A stretch of DNA of 64,000 bases from Eledone cirrhosa (lineage: Eukaryota). Under the pieces are notes generated by a model. The model had not been told where the DNA came from and ran no database searches. It worked only from the letters and a program-made list of their open reading frames with translations. The translations under genes were made by a program, and so were the position numbers. Below are positions 1 to 12,754 of the stretch, in pieces. The stretch covers positions 15,686,001 to 15,750,000 of the forward strand of contig OZ024745.1 of the NCBI GenBank assembly GCA_964016885.1, in the 5' to 3' direction. Each line of letters starts with the position of its first letter. Positions within the stretch are counted from its first letter, which is position 1.

Positions 1-1270
1 GGGCTGATTAAGGATATGAAGCAACTTGACCATCAGGGATAGTTGTTGAGATAATGAAAATATCCAGTAAAGTAAGACATTTACTAGCCACTAGCATAAT
101 ATATCAGATAGCACCAGGAGGTGCCATATCTAATGACTGGCATAAAAAGATGTTTCAGAAGCAACTACAAAAGCATTAAATTGATGGAAGCAATCAAAAT
201 AATGACATAAGAATATTAACTTAGATAAGATGGTATTTAGGTTTGACAGAGTGCAATACGGAATTCTGGCAGATACTATGAAAAAAACAGGTACAAGTAA
301 ATGGTTTAAGAGCTGAGAAGTAGCAATAAGGTCCATTAGGACGAGAAGAGCACCCATGAAATAAATTGTCAACTGCTCTAAATATTCCCCAAAATTAATT
401 ATTTAGGTGTCGTAAGTAGCAGGACGAAGGTGTTCCATTACCTCTCTGAAAAGTACATTGCAGGAGGCTTGTGTACAAAGTGCAATATTGCATGATAACA
501 AAATATGAGCAATCAATGAAAATGATCTGCAAAGGCTGAAAGGAAATAAGGCAAGCCTGCTCTGAATAACAGATCACAAATGAGCTAAGAGGACATTTAG
601 ATATACGAGGAATCAGATGTAGTGATGTATACAGAGAGGATGGTAGAAGCAGGAGATTTAAATGGAAGGAACGTGAAGAAGACCAAGGGAGATGTAAGTC
701 AATATGGTAACAGCTAATCTCAAAGATGCTGAACCTTCTGAAGGAAATAACAAAGGACTGTAATATGGTGTGAGACGCTATGTTAAAGGCGACTTGTCTA
801 TGCTATGAAAGCATGAAAAATAGGATGATGCCGATGATAATGGTGGTGTGTGTGTGTGTGTTTGCATATATACAAACTAATGTGTGTTGAGGCAACACTA
901 ATCATAAAGTTTCTATTTCAAACTTTCTCTAATCACAATTATATGCTTGAGAACCGAAATAAGAGAGAAACAGAAAAACACTAATACGACATGTAACATG
1001 ACTTGGTGGTGGTGAGATTATAGCTATTAAAATAGTGAAGAGTGTTGGTGGGCAATAGCGGTTGTGAAGGACTGTCACCAATTGAAGGACAATGTGTGAC
1101 AAACAAGAGAAAGAGATTCTGTATTGTACACTGGACATAGTAAGGTCAAATGGAATATGGGAATTTAGGTTAGTGTGAACTGAAAGTTTGATGACCAAAG
1201 CCTCACATAACTACACACAAACAGAGTCACACCTGGAAAAACTAGAATAGAACATGAAACAAACCTTTAC

Positions 1271-1492
1271 CTGGAGGGAGCAAACCTGACAAACCTGCGT
1301 ATTGCTGTATCCCCGAATATGCTTGGCTAAGAGCATCAATACCTGTTGGGTTGGTATTGGAGCCAATGCCATTCATGTTGCTTGTTACACTTGAGGTCAA
1401 ATTAGAGAGGTTTGTTAAGGAATTGTTCCCTAGATTTTGCATTCCAGTGAGGCCACTTAGTGAGTTGGAGGAGGTTGTACCAGTTATAGTAC
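1271..1492 (-). CDS. CELF2: CELF1/2 divergent-domain exon with conserved DALSQAYSGIQQYA motif
   Basis: GTITGTTSSNSLSGLTGMQNLGNN...GIDALSQAYSGIQQYAGLSGLLPP; matches the CELF1/2 (E/D)ALTQAYSGIQQYA motif; acceptor tttttccgatttctag, donor CAG|gtaaag; 222 nt, phase 1-1. Confidence 0.93.
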
Positions 1493-2478
1493 CTAGAAAT
1501 CGGAAAAAGGTTGTTTGCATGAAAAGATGTGACACAAATTAACCCTAAACTGCCAGGTAATCAATAGACTGACAGATCAAATACATTGAAATCAATGAAA
1601 AAAACATTCATACAATGGAAGACAAAAAGATGTAGTTCTAATCCTGATGGTCAACAACAACAATAACTAGCATGAAGAGAGGTTAACATGCTGAGGGGTG
1701 TCTGTTTTATGACAAATATCAAAACATATTAGGTAAGGCATTTAAAGAGGAAAGACGCAGAAAAAACGCTTTGACACAATGAAGAGGTCAAATATGCTAG
1801 TAATAATGGTAGCCAGCAAAAAAGACGATGCAAATCAAAGAAAATGACATGAAAACTAACTGGAATTAATTATTCTGGCTACTTCAATTACTTAGGACAC
1901 ACAAGAACAAGCAGACCCCCTCTTCCATGGCCTTATTGCAAGTAATATTGAATCTATTCATATTACTGGACCATGTCAAATGACAGTTTCACATGAAATA
2001 TTCAGCAGAAACTAACAATCAAAGCCTGCTAAATGCTCAATTAAATAACAGCATCAACTGATTTAATTTTGGTACATTCAGATGACAAAATATAAGTGGG
2101 TCCACATCAAATGGTTAAATCCATCCAAATATTTCAAACAATATTCATCTATCTTTAATTGTATTATGAAGCTGTATAACACAAACTGTGGCAGTAATTT
2201 CACTTAGAAATATAACACTCAAACTAGACAAGATACAACAATAAGCATGAAAATATTTCAACAGAATTAGTAGGAATACAGAATTTGGTTGAGTGAAATA
2301 TAAAAGATTTTATTTAGTATGTTAAATAACGATAAAATCTACCAAAGTATTAGTGAACATGGGCAAGTTGATATGTAAGTGATGACATAAATATATATAT
2401 ATATATATATATACATATAGTGTAGGTAGTACAGTGTTGGTACCAAATCAAGCACTCTATGCACAGGTAGAGTGTATA

Positions 2479-2616
2479 TAATAGAAAAAACAAGGAGGTT
2501 TTGTTTACATGTGAAAAATACTTATTGCGTATCCACCCGTTACGTGCGTTTCGCAAGGTCAATATGCAATAAGTATTTTTCATATGTAAACGAAACTTCC
2601 TCATTTTTTTCTATTA
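2479..2616. repeat. Inverted repeat / MITE-like fold-back (~54-bp arms)
   Basis: taatagaaaaaa..gtttacatgtgaaaaatacttattgcgtat pairs with atatgcaataagtatttttcatatgtaaac..ttttttctatta around a ~29-nt loop. Confidence 0.85.
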
Positions 2617-2698
2617 CATATACATACATGCAAATATGTATACATACACACACATATATATATATACATACATATATGTAAATACACACACACACGTA

Positions 2699-2743
<45 letters not shown>

Positions 2744-4036
2744 TCACTGGTTTACATCATCCAAACAAAATGAATGTAAAATGATATATTATTGAAACAA
2801 AACATTGAACTAAAACATCTTAAACTGATTTGGAAAAGGCATGAACAGCAGCAGAACATTTGTTAAAGTAATAGGATAATTAAACAGATGTGAGATATAC
2901 CATAATCAAAAACAGTTATAACGAATAAGAAAATATATTCAGAAGATATTTATAAAGGGAGGAAAATTAACAAAAATAATGAAAAATTACTATAGAAGAG
3001 AGGCACACTTTGATAAAGCAATTTATACAGACAAAGCATGTATTTCAATGTTTGTGAATTATAAATATGGGAATTACAATATGAGGATGGATAGTTCAGT
3101 TTCCTCCTTCAGTGTATTGAGAGATGGGGGGGGGGGGGGATACAATGAATATAAAGTACAAACAAAAACAAAAACATTATAAAATGATTGCAAAAGCAAG
3201 TTAAGAAAAACAAGTGAATCCAGACAGAAGTCATAGCAACAGCAAAATGGATGTCTGATAAGACAAATAATGAGAATAATTTAATAGATATGCTTCAAGC
3301 CAATAGTCATTGCCATAAAACTAAATTTGATTGAATTCAATTGAGATAAAATAGCAAGCTAGCCATTTAGTGTATTGTCTATCATATAATGCCTACAGCA
3401 TGCAATCATCCTGAGAAAATACACAGAGGAAGGAAATATGTAAAAATCAATAATAACCTCATTTTCAAACAGGTAGGAGAAAAAAAACAGACATGTGAAT
3501 ATTGAAACTGGTTAATAGGTATTTGTAGTAGAAATATTGCTTTAGTTTTTTCTGTTATTAGTGATTCAACTGCACTTGATTCTCCTCATTCTGTCTACAT
3601 CACAAGCAGATTTAATGTCAATCAAATTAACTAAGTCAATTTATTCTATATTTTTTGGCTTGTAAATCAGTTGTTGGTACACATACTTTAATGTGAGTTT
3701 CTGTGCTGTTTAACAGACCTTAGGATTAATTAATAAAAAATGGTATGTGTGTCTATATATATATATATATATTTATAAAGAGAGGGAGATAAAATGATAT
3801 TGAAGTCACATTAAAAAGTGGTTAACATGATGATGGTCAGTGATGAAAGTAGTATATTGATATCAAGGCATTATGGAGTGTGAATGATAAAATAGATGAT
3901 AAACAAATACAAGAAATATTCCAGAGACCAAAGCCTCTAATCGGAATTACAAATATATTGTGGTCATTTATAATGACGAGACAGCTAGGGTGGCAAGCTA
4001 ATAAGTAGCACAACACACTGCTATTCATAGCAATAA

Positions 4037-4445
4037 CATCTATATCACCACTCTATACAACACACTACTATTAAAGACATATATGTAACCATACTATACA
4101 ATACACTAATTATATAACCATTTATCACCATTCTACGGAACACACTACTAATGTAACCATCAATATATCACCACTATGGAACACACCACTAAAGCCATCT
4201 ATATATCACCATTCTATACAACACGTTACAGGTAAAACCATCTATATCTCACCATTCTATACAACACACTACTAAAGCCATCTATATATCACCACTCTAT
4301 ACAACACACTACCACTAAAACCATCTATATATCACCATTGTATGGAACAGACTACCACTGAAGCCATCTATATATATCACCATTCTATACAACACACTAC
4401 AACTAAAGCCATCCTATCATCATTCTATACAACACATTACTAAGA
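4037..4445. repeat. Minisatellite, ~37-41-bp unit, ~10 degenerate copies
   Basis: Repeated ccatctatatatcaccattctatacaacacactactaaag. Confidence 0.85.
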
Positions 4446-4590
4446 CATCAATGCCTTCCATAGCTCCAGATTTGTCCTCTTTGTAGTGACAGTTGAAATA
4501 TTAATCGAAACATTTGGTGTCATGCAGATACTTATAGCAAATATAGATTTCACAGACAACATAGAATAGTGACACTATAGCAAACTAGAG

Positions 4591-4648
<58 letters not shown>

Positions 4649-4785
4649 GTATAAACAGGGCTACTAACATCAAACCAACAAAAATAAGGAAAATAAAAAA
4701 ATAAATCCAAGGAAACTTGTTAAGTTTAACATGAATACAGAGAAGAGTAGACCAAGTGGGAGAGAAAGGTATAAACTGTACTCAC

Positions 4786-4806
4786 GACAGAAGTTGAAGA
4801 CAGGTT
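4786..4806 (-). CDS. CELF2: Candidate 21-nt microexon in the CELF divergent domain
   Basis: acceptor aatttttcttcattgttatcacag, exon AACCTGTCTTCAACTTCTGTC, donor gtgagt; stop-free in phase 1 (EPVFNFCR replaces G); no transcript evidence. Confidence 0.5.
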
Positions 4807-5348
4807 CTGTGATAACAATGAAGAAAAATTGATATAGTCATTGTTGAACAGTGATAGATATAAAGTGATGTGGGGATATAGTGATTGTTGAACAAGAGAT
4901 ATTATAAAGTGCTGTGTAGATATAGTGATTGTTGAACAAGAGAGATATATGAAGTAATGTGTGGTGAACAGTTATCAGCTGACCAATGAAACAATGTGTC
5001 AGCTGATATAAATGCAAGGTAGAGTGTATCAGTATATTAAGAAATACAGTTCTATACTGCCTAAGTGGATTGAGACCTAAACCTCAACAACAACTATTGC
5101 CAAAGCCCCATTATTATTTTAATGATTCATTCACATAGGTGATGTTGACTAACTCATTAAGTAGAGTACTTCAATTATAATTAAACTCCACCATATTTTC
5201 ATTACAAAGGAGAAAATAGGAAAAATAAGTGTTCCATTATTTCTTGTTGGAAATAGTTTGTAGCAGTAGCAGAAATAGCTTGGAAATATAACCAACATAT
5301 GCACCTACATTATAAGCTGTGTGTGTATGTGTATACACACAGGTTATA

Positions 5349-5422
5349 ATGCACAATAGCTATTTTAGTGCGTGTATGTGTGTACACACACACATACACG
5401 CACTAAAATATCTATTGTGCAT
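5349..5422. repeat. 74-nt near-perfect palindrome
   Basis: atgcacaatagctattttagtgcgtgtatgtgtgt / acacacatacacgcactaaaatatctattgtgcat, 35-bp arms, one mismatch. Confidence 0.9.
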
Positions 5423-6819
5423 CTTAGATTATTCTTGAAATAGATGAAATTTGGGACAAAGTGTATGTGAAACCCCGAGTTAGTAACTTACTATCATTGA
5501 TCATTTAACAGATTTCACACTACTATAATCTATTACATGTGTATGTGTGTAACAGAAATTGCTATATCATTCAACATTCCTGATATTTAAGGCATTTTAG
5601 GGTGATCATCACTGAGTTTTTGTCATTACATAATAGCAGTAATGGCATTGGTAATAGTATATGTTATTAGATTTTACGTTGATTTCAATAATCTGGCAGT
5701 GGATTACGTTTGTGACTGATCTGTGTTATATTAGTATGGCTATTAGTTTTGTTTTCATTGTTAACCATCTATTACTTGTGTGGGAATGTAATGTTACTAA
5801 TGTTTTCTATCTAGTGTTACTGCAATTAATCTGTAGAACTGGATGTGTTTTACTTGTATGGTTAGTATAGTTGATTTTCAAGTTAACAATTTTCACATTT
5901 GCAGCCAAATTTATAAATCACATTAGCAATTCATTTTATAAATCACATTTATCATTAGTAACATATTTCTGAGCTTATATACTTGAGGTTCGTTACCGAT
6001 ATAGTTTTTTAAATTCAGTGATTATGTAATAAGTGATTTCTGTTAACATTGTTGCTCTATTAGTTTGCATACCTTTTGTTTATTTCCCACACCCCACTCT
6101 AAAGTTCTTTGTGTAGTAGTTCGTTTGCAGAGGATAATCAGAGATTTTACCAGATATTTTGTATGTGTGGACATTGACTGTCTCCATGCAAGGACAGGTA
6201 TTCATAAATGCCAAATGTTAACAGGACATGATCTTAGCTAAATCTTTAGATTTACAAATTGAGTTACTGTTATTATTTAGGATGTTCCCCAATATATTTC
6301 AGTATAAATATATATAATCCAGTGAGCCCATTACAAGTATATACATATATCAACACAACATTGAACATGCAAATACAACACTTTCCTGCCAGCTTATGCA
6401 TTTTACAAGAACTGATTACAATATACATCACACAACATAGAAGAGAACTTTATTGAAAAAAAAAAAACAGAAGTAAACAACACACAGAACTCCCAAGACT
6501 AGCCAATTGATGGTGGGAGCCATATTACAACACAATACATCAACACACGCACATAAAAGAAAACCCCATTCCCTGATTCTATAACAAAAAAAACACAAAA
6601 AAAAAAAAAACAGCCAATGGTCACCAATTGAAAAATTGTGGTTCAAACTAAGATTTGTAAGGAAACAGGATGGAAAAATAAATAGAAAACGTGAGCCTAA
6701 AAACAGCATCTTTAAAATAGGGTCTTCTCCAACATGTGTATGTGTATCTGTGTCTCACCTCAAAAAGGCAGGCACGCAAAGCTAGTTCCTGCTATAGGAG
6801 GGAATATGGCCTAAAAACG

Positions 6820-6902
<83 letters not shown>

Positions 6903-7005
6903 AACACTATTGCTGGGAGTTTAATTCTAGTTCCTTGGTAAATCATCATGATTGCGGCAGCACCATCTTTAATAAGGCAGATTGATAAATAAAATTCAAA
7001 CTTAC

Positions 7006-7086
7006 CAGATGCACTGGATGCATTTGTGTTTCCTGCGAGCTGGTTTAATGCTGCCAAACTTGGCATTCCTAGAGCACTTAATGAGC
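7006..7086 (-). CDS. CELF2: CELF1/2 divergent-domain exon
   Basis: GSLSALGMPSLAALNQLAGNTNASSAS; acceptor ctgtctttttttcaacag, donor CTG|gtaagt; 81 nt, phase 1-1. Confidence 0.88.
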
Positions 7087-7202
7087 CTGTTGAAAAAAAG
7101 ACAGAGGGAATAAGGAGTAACTAGTAATATATATTGGCTGATAGTTCCATCAAAGATAACAGAATTTTTAGAAACTTAATTTATAATAATCCATGTGAAA
7201 CT

Positions 7203-7997
7203 AATATATATATATATATAGATATATATACATATATAGATATATACATATAAATATAGATATATACATATAAATATAGATATATACATATATACATAGA
7301 TATATACATATATACATAGATATATACATATATACATAGATATATACATATATACATAGATATATACATATATACATAGATATATACATATATACATAGA
7401 TATATACATATATACATAGATATATACATATATACATAGCTATATACATATATACATAGATATATACATATATACATAGATATATACATATATATATAGA
7501 TATATACATATATATATAGATATATACATATATATATAGATATATACATATATATATACATATAGATATATACATATATATATACATATATACATATATA
7601 TATAGATATATACATATATATATACACATATATATATATACATATATACATATATATATAGATATATACATATATATATAGATATATACATATATATATA
7701 GATATATACATATATATATAGATATATACATATATATATAGATATATACATATATATATAGATATATACATATATACATATATATATAGATATATACACA
7801 TATATACATATATATATATACATATATAGATATATACATATATATACATATATAGATATATACATATATATACATATATATACATATATAGATATATACA
7901 TATATATACATATATAGATATATACATATATATACATATATAGATATATACATATATATACATATATAGATATATACATATATAGATATATACATAT
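7203..7997. repeat. AT-rich compound microsatellite with 20-bp period
   Basis: (TATATACATATATACATAGA)n grading into (TATATACATATATATATAGA)n. Confidence 0.95.
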
Positions 7998-8250
7998 CAT
8001 CATCACCGTTTTACGTCCGTTCTTCCACGTTAGCATGGGTTAGACGGGTTGTCCTGTTGTGTGCAGTGTCTGGTCGGCTGACCATGCCTTGCTCATACAG
8101 GAACTGATCTGGCTTGATTTCTACAGCTGGATGCCCTTCCTAACACCAACCTCATTTACAGTGAGTGCTGGGTGCTTTTTCGTGGCGCCTACACGTCCAC
8201 TTTACAGTGTGGGCTGGGTGCTTTTTTGCCGTGGCACCTCCACTCCCACC
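7996..8250 (-). mobile_element. SINE 3' portion with (GAT)n tail
   Basis: catcatcatcaccgttttacgtcc..ggatgcccttcctaacaccaacctcatttacagtgagt is the reverse complement of the 3' part of the SINE at 32622-32950. Confidence 0.75.
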
Positions 8251-8325
8251 TTGCGGTGGGGGGAGTGGGGGCATATTGTTTATATGCTTCAGCATGTACC
8301 CATGGGAGGTCGGGTACTCTGTATT

Positions 8326-9043
8326 ACATATATAGATATATACATATATATACATATATATATACATATACATATATATAGATATATACAGATATATATA
8401 CATATACATATATATAGATATATACATATATATACATATATATAGATATATATACATATACATATATATAGATATATACAGATATATATACATATACATA
8501 TATATAGATACATACATATATATAGATACATACATATATATAGATACATACATATATATAGATACATACATATATATAGATATATACATATATATAGATA
8601 TATACATATATATATATACATATATATAGATATATACATATATATATATACATATATATAGATATATACATATATATATATACATATATATAGATATATA
8701 TATAGATATATATATATATATAGATATATATATAGATATATATACATATATATAGATATATATATAGATATATATATATATATATATAGATATATATATA
8801 TATATATATAGATATATATATATATAGATATATATATATATAGATATATATATATATATATATATATAGATATATATATATATAGATATATATATATATA
8901 TAGATATAAATATATATATATACATATATATAGATATATACATATATACAGATATATACATATATAGATATATATATAGATATATATAGAGATATATACA
9001 TATATAGATATATACATATATATAGATATATACATATATACAG

Positions 9044-9120
<77 letters not shown>

Positions 9121-9123
9121 CAG

Positions 9124-9158
<35 letters not shown>

Positions 9159-9159
9159 G

Positions 9160-9210
<51 letters not shown>

Positions 9211-9227
9211 TATATACATATATACAG

Positions 9228-9288
<61 letters not shown>

Positions 9289-9298
9289 TACACATACA
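8326..9298. repeat. AT-rich compound microsatellite (TA/TACA/TAGA) ending in (CA)n
   Basis: Directly visible. Confidence 0.95.
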
Positions 9299-9452
9299 TC
9301 CCGTCCCCTCAATCCATCTTATTTCTCATTCTTCTGATGAAGGACTAGCATCCGAAACATTAAAACCCTCTTCCTGCTATATTAAGCGTTAACCTAATAT
9401 ATACCTTCCATATACTGTACCGATTGTGTTATTTCTGTTTACCTTTTATATA
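9299..9452 (+). mobile_element. Penelope-like element terminal-repeat remnant with hammerhead-like core
   Basis: CTGATGA-aGGActagcaTCC-GAAAC at 9334-9358; its 3' part recurs inverted at 38073-38135; embedded in TA/CA microsatellite. Confidence 0.55.
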
Positions 9453-9993
9453 CATATACATATATGCATACATATATACATATACACGTATATATACATA
9501 TATATAAATATACATATGCATAAGATATGTTTATCCTGGGTTCGTAAGTAAGGTAATCTATACAAAGCAGAGTAAAAAATATTTAATATAGAAAAGGCTT
9601 CTACAGGACTAGAACTTTCATTCAGGAGAAATCATCAGGAAGCCCTATACATATATACACATATATATATACATATATACACATACATACATATACACAC
9701 ATACATACAAATATATATATATACATACATACATACACGCATCCATATGCATACACTGTATCTATTGTTTAAAGATATTTTTTAAACAAAAATTCATGAA
9801 AAAAACAACTTGTACACAATCTCAAGTCAAAGTGTAAAGTACATTCTAAATATTCTATTGAAAATGATGACAAGTTACACAGAATCATATATAATGTGTG
9901 TTGCCATCATCATTCAACGCCCACTTCCCCAGGTAGTTAGGGTTTCACTAATGATATGTGTTAAATAAGTAGCAATAAAGTAGAAATACATAC

Positions 9994-10068
9994 CTGCATT
10001 ACCAGAGGCATTGGCCAATGCAGTTAAACTCTGTAAGTTCTGCAAATGTTGCAAATTGTTGGTTTCTC
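9994..10068 (-). CDS. CELF2: CELF1/2 divergent-domain exon
   Basis: GETNNLQHLQNLQSLTALANASGNA; acceptor ttcgttatttattag, donor CAG|gtatgt; 75 nt, phase 1-1. Confidence 0.87.
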
Positions 10069-12754
10069 CTAATAAATAACGAAAAATAACTTCAGTAATT
10101 ACAATTTGGTGGTATCAACCATGATAAAAAAAAATCAGAGTATCATTATCCAGAAACTAAATCAGAATGGCAGTCAATTTTAGTGATGTCATAAGTAAGT
10201 TATGGTTTTGTAAATTATAGGACAGGTTGGGCATTTTAAACCTAGCTGGCTGATGAGTCTGACCCACTGCGTGACAACAGAAATACCAGAAAATAGAAAA
10301 TTACCCCTACAAGAAGCCCTATATTAACATAATATTGCCATTTCATTCCATATATATATCTATATATTGATGTTATATCAAAGCTAGAACAAAGCTGAAA
10401 TTAGGAGATAAAACAACCAAGTAACAATGCTTTCAAGCATATGAAATGTAAAACAAAAACATGTACACAGTATTATGCTGTAACTACAAATTATTCAATA
10501 TTATCCTATAACAGAAATACTATTGAATGATACCACCACATAAAGTAAAGCTTACATTGCAATAAAAACAGAAATATATGCCATATCAGTGTCTCACACA
10601 TTCTATATAGACATGGCCTTGTTTAATCTGTAGCTATATTCTATCAAAGAAGTGCTGCAATGATTTTTCAAAGTAAGCATATGTTGGATTTCTGTTATCT
10701 TTAAATAAGGTCTATTTAAATAAGGTCTTCAGTTATCTTTAAATAAGGTCTATTAATATTTACACAACTTGGTGAGTAGCAATGTCTGCCTACTGAATTC
10801 AGTCAAAGTATTAATAAGCATGAGGCTATTGTAAAATGCGTATCATCCTGTGGACATAACTTTACTAGTGTTGGTGCTGCAATAAAATACACAGATTATA
10901 CTCTATAAAGTGGTTATGTTTAGAAAGGAATCCAATTCTAGAACCCATATAAAAACTGAAAACCTTAGTGGGGTCGTGAAATTTTGAAAGCAGATATGTC
11001 ACTATATATATCATTGTAACATCCGCTGTCCTTGCTAACAAGGGTTAAATGAATAGACCAAGTCAGTACTGAAGTAGGGCTGCTGATCTCCCAGACAAGC
11101 CAAGGAACAGCATCTCGCTTATGTAGTTTCACGTCCTACTGTATGCAAAGTAGAGGTTGTTATGTCTTTGACACAACTAAAGGCCCCCTTAACCATTTAT
11201 TTGGCAAGGTGTCTATTGCTGGATGCTTTCCCTATCAACAATCACTTTACAAAGTGTACTGGGTGCATTTATTATGTAGGCCAACAATGCTAAAGAGGCT
11301 CTCATAAGCTTTCCACATCCCAGCCCTATATATATATATAAACTACACATCTAAATTCCTCAGGATGCTAAAATGTTCTTTCTATTTGGTACAAGAAGGC
11401 CATTGCTAAGCAACCCACTCAACACTTCTATAATTCTATATTAGGAGTTGAATAACAAAACAAGAATGTATACTTGAGAAATGGAAAAAATAAACAACAA
11501 TAGCAAGCACATTTGAAATTATTGATTAAATACAACTGCAACTTCAGAATAAATGTAATAATTTGTAAAATTAAGGCAGTACCAGCACAACAAAATAGCT
11601 AAGCCAATAGAAAATGCTAAATTATTTAAACAATTATACTAACATTGTTAATCAAATTTTATTAATATTACAACACAAAAATATTTTATGTATTTTATTA
11701 TTGAGTAGAACTGTCAATACAATAAAGACATTAGATTTACGATAGAGTTAGAAATGTAAGATAAATGGGAACATTTATAGGAAATAATTAATAATTTGGT
11801 AATTAAGTAAATATAATTACTATATGAAGCAGTCTATATGTAATTGAATTATGCATATTATTATTATTATTAAGATGACACCCCAATAAGCAAAGTAAGA
11901 ATTGATGGTTAATATTGGGATAGTCTCACCATGCTGGAGCTGGATTAAGAGGAAGCAGTAATAAGAAAGTCATTGATGGGAAGATCAAGCAAAATATACA
12001 CAACAAATAACTGGAAGAAGCAAATGAAGATAAAATGCAAACTCAGCCAGCCATGCAATATCTAATTGTGGTAATGGTAGTGTTAGTAGTAGTAAGAGTT
12101 AGGATAGGGTGGGGGACAATGAAAGATGTTATGTAGAGGAGAGGGTTGTGGATGTTGTGAGGGTGTGTGATGATATATATCCAAAGATCAGTCAATTAGC
12201 ACCAGCAAGATAGGAGATTCAACTAATGTTCAAAATACTGAAATGTTTTACACATACACACATGCATCATTACAACCAACATTTTAGTTCCATAATGTTA
12301 GACATATTATTTACTACCTTGCTGCTGTTACAGCTTTCACCAAAGTAGGTTTAGCTGGCTGCATCTAAGGGAAGATTTTTTCACGAGTTTGTGATAGGGG
12401 CCCCAGTCCCGTTACAACTCACCCCCTCACCAATCTATTGCAGGGGTTAACCTTCAGTCGCTGCTAGTATTTCCCTTTATCCAGGTAAAGTGGACTAGAG
12501 AAGTTAAATGAAGCATCTTGCGCATATGGCCTGGTCCAGGAATCTAACCGATAACATGATCAATAGTCCAATGTCCTAACCATTATTCTGATTAGTTCCA
12601 TGTTTCTTAATATCTAATCCCTCCTTTTAACCATTGCAAGTATCACCTACATTCTCACCATTTTCCTCATCAAAAGTAGCTCCAATAATTCAACATTCCT
12701 TTCCACCCTCATACCAAATCTGCCGCAAATTCTATTTCACAGACAGACACACAC

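Noticed and set aside
1-830. Higher-complexity stretch with short minus-strand ORFs, perhaps a decayed retroelement or further CELF exons
   Set aside because: No recognisable motif, RRM3 sequence or convincing splice-site pair.
1351-1542. Plus-strand 63-aa ORF
   Set aside because: Antisense to the CELF exon; no independent support.
4037-4445. Regularly spaced ~38-bp repeats resembling a CRISPR array
   Set aside because: Contiguous degenerate tandem units with no unique spacers, in a eukaryotic intron with no cas genes.
7176-9312. YI/CI-rich ORFs of 77-386 aa (similar ones at 35750-36542)
   Set aside because: Translations of (TA)n-based microsatellites.
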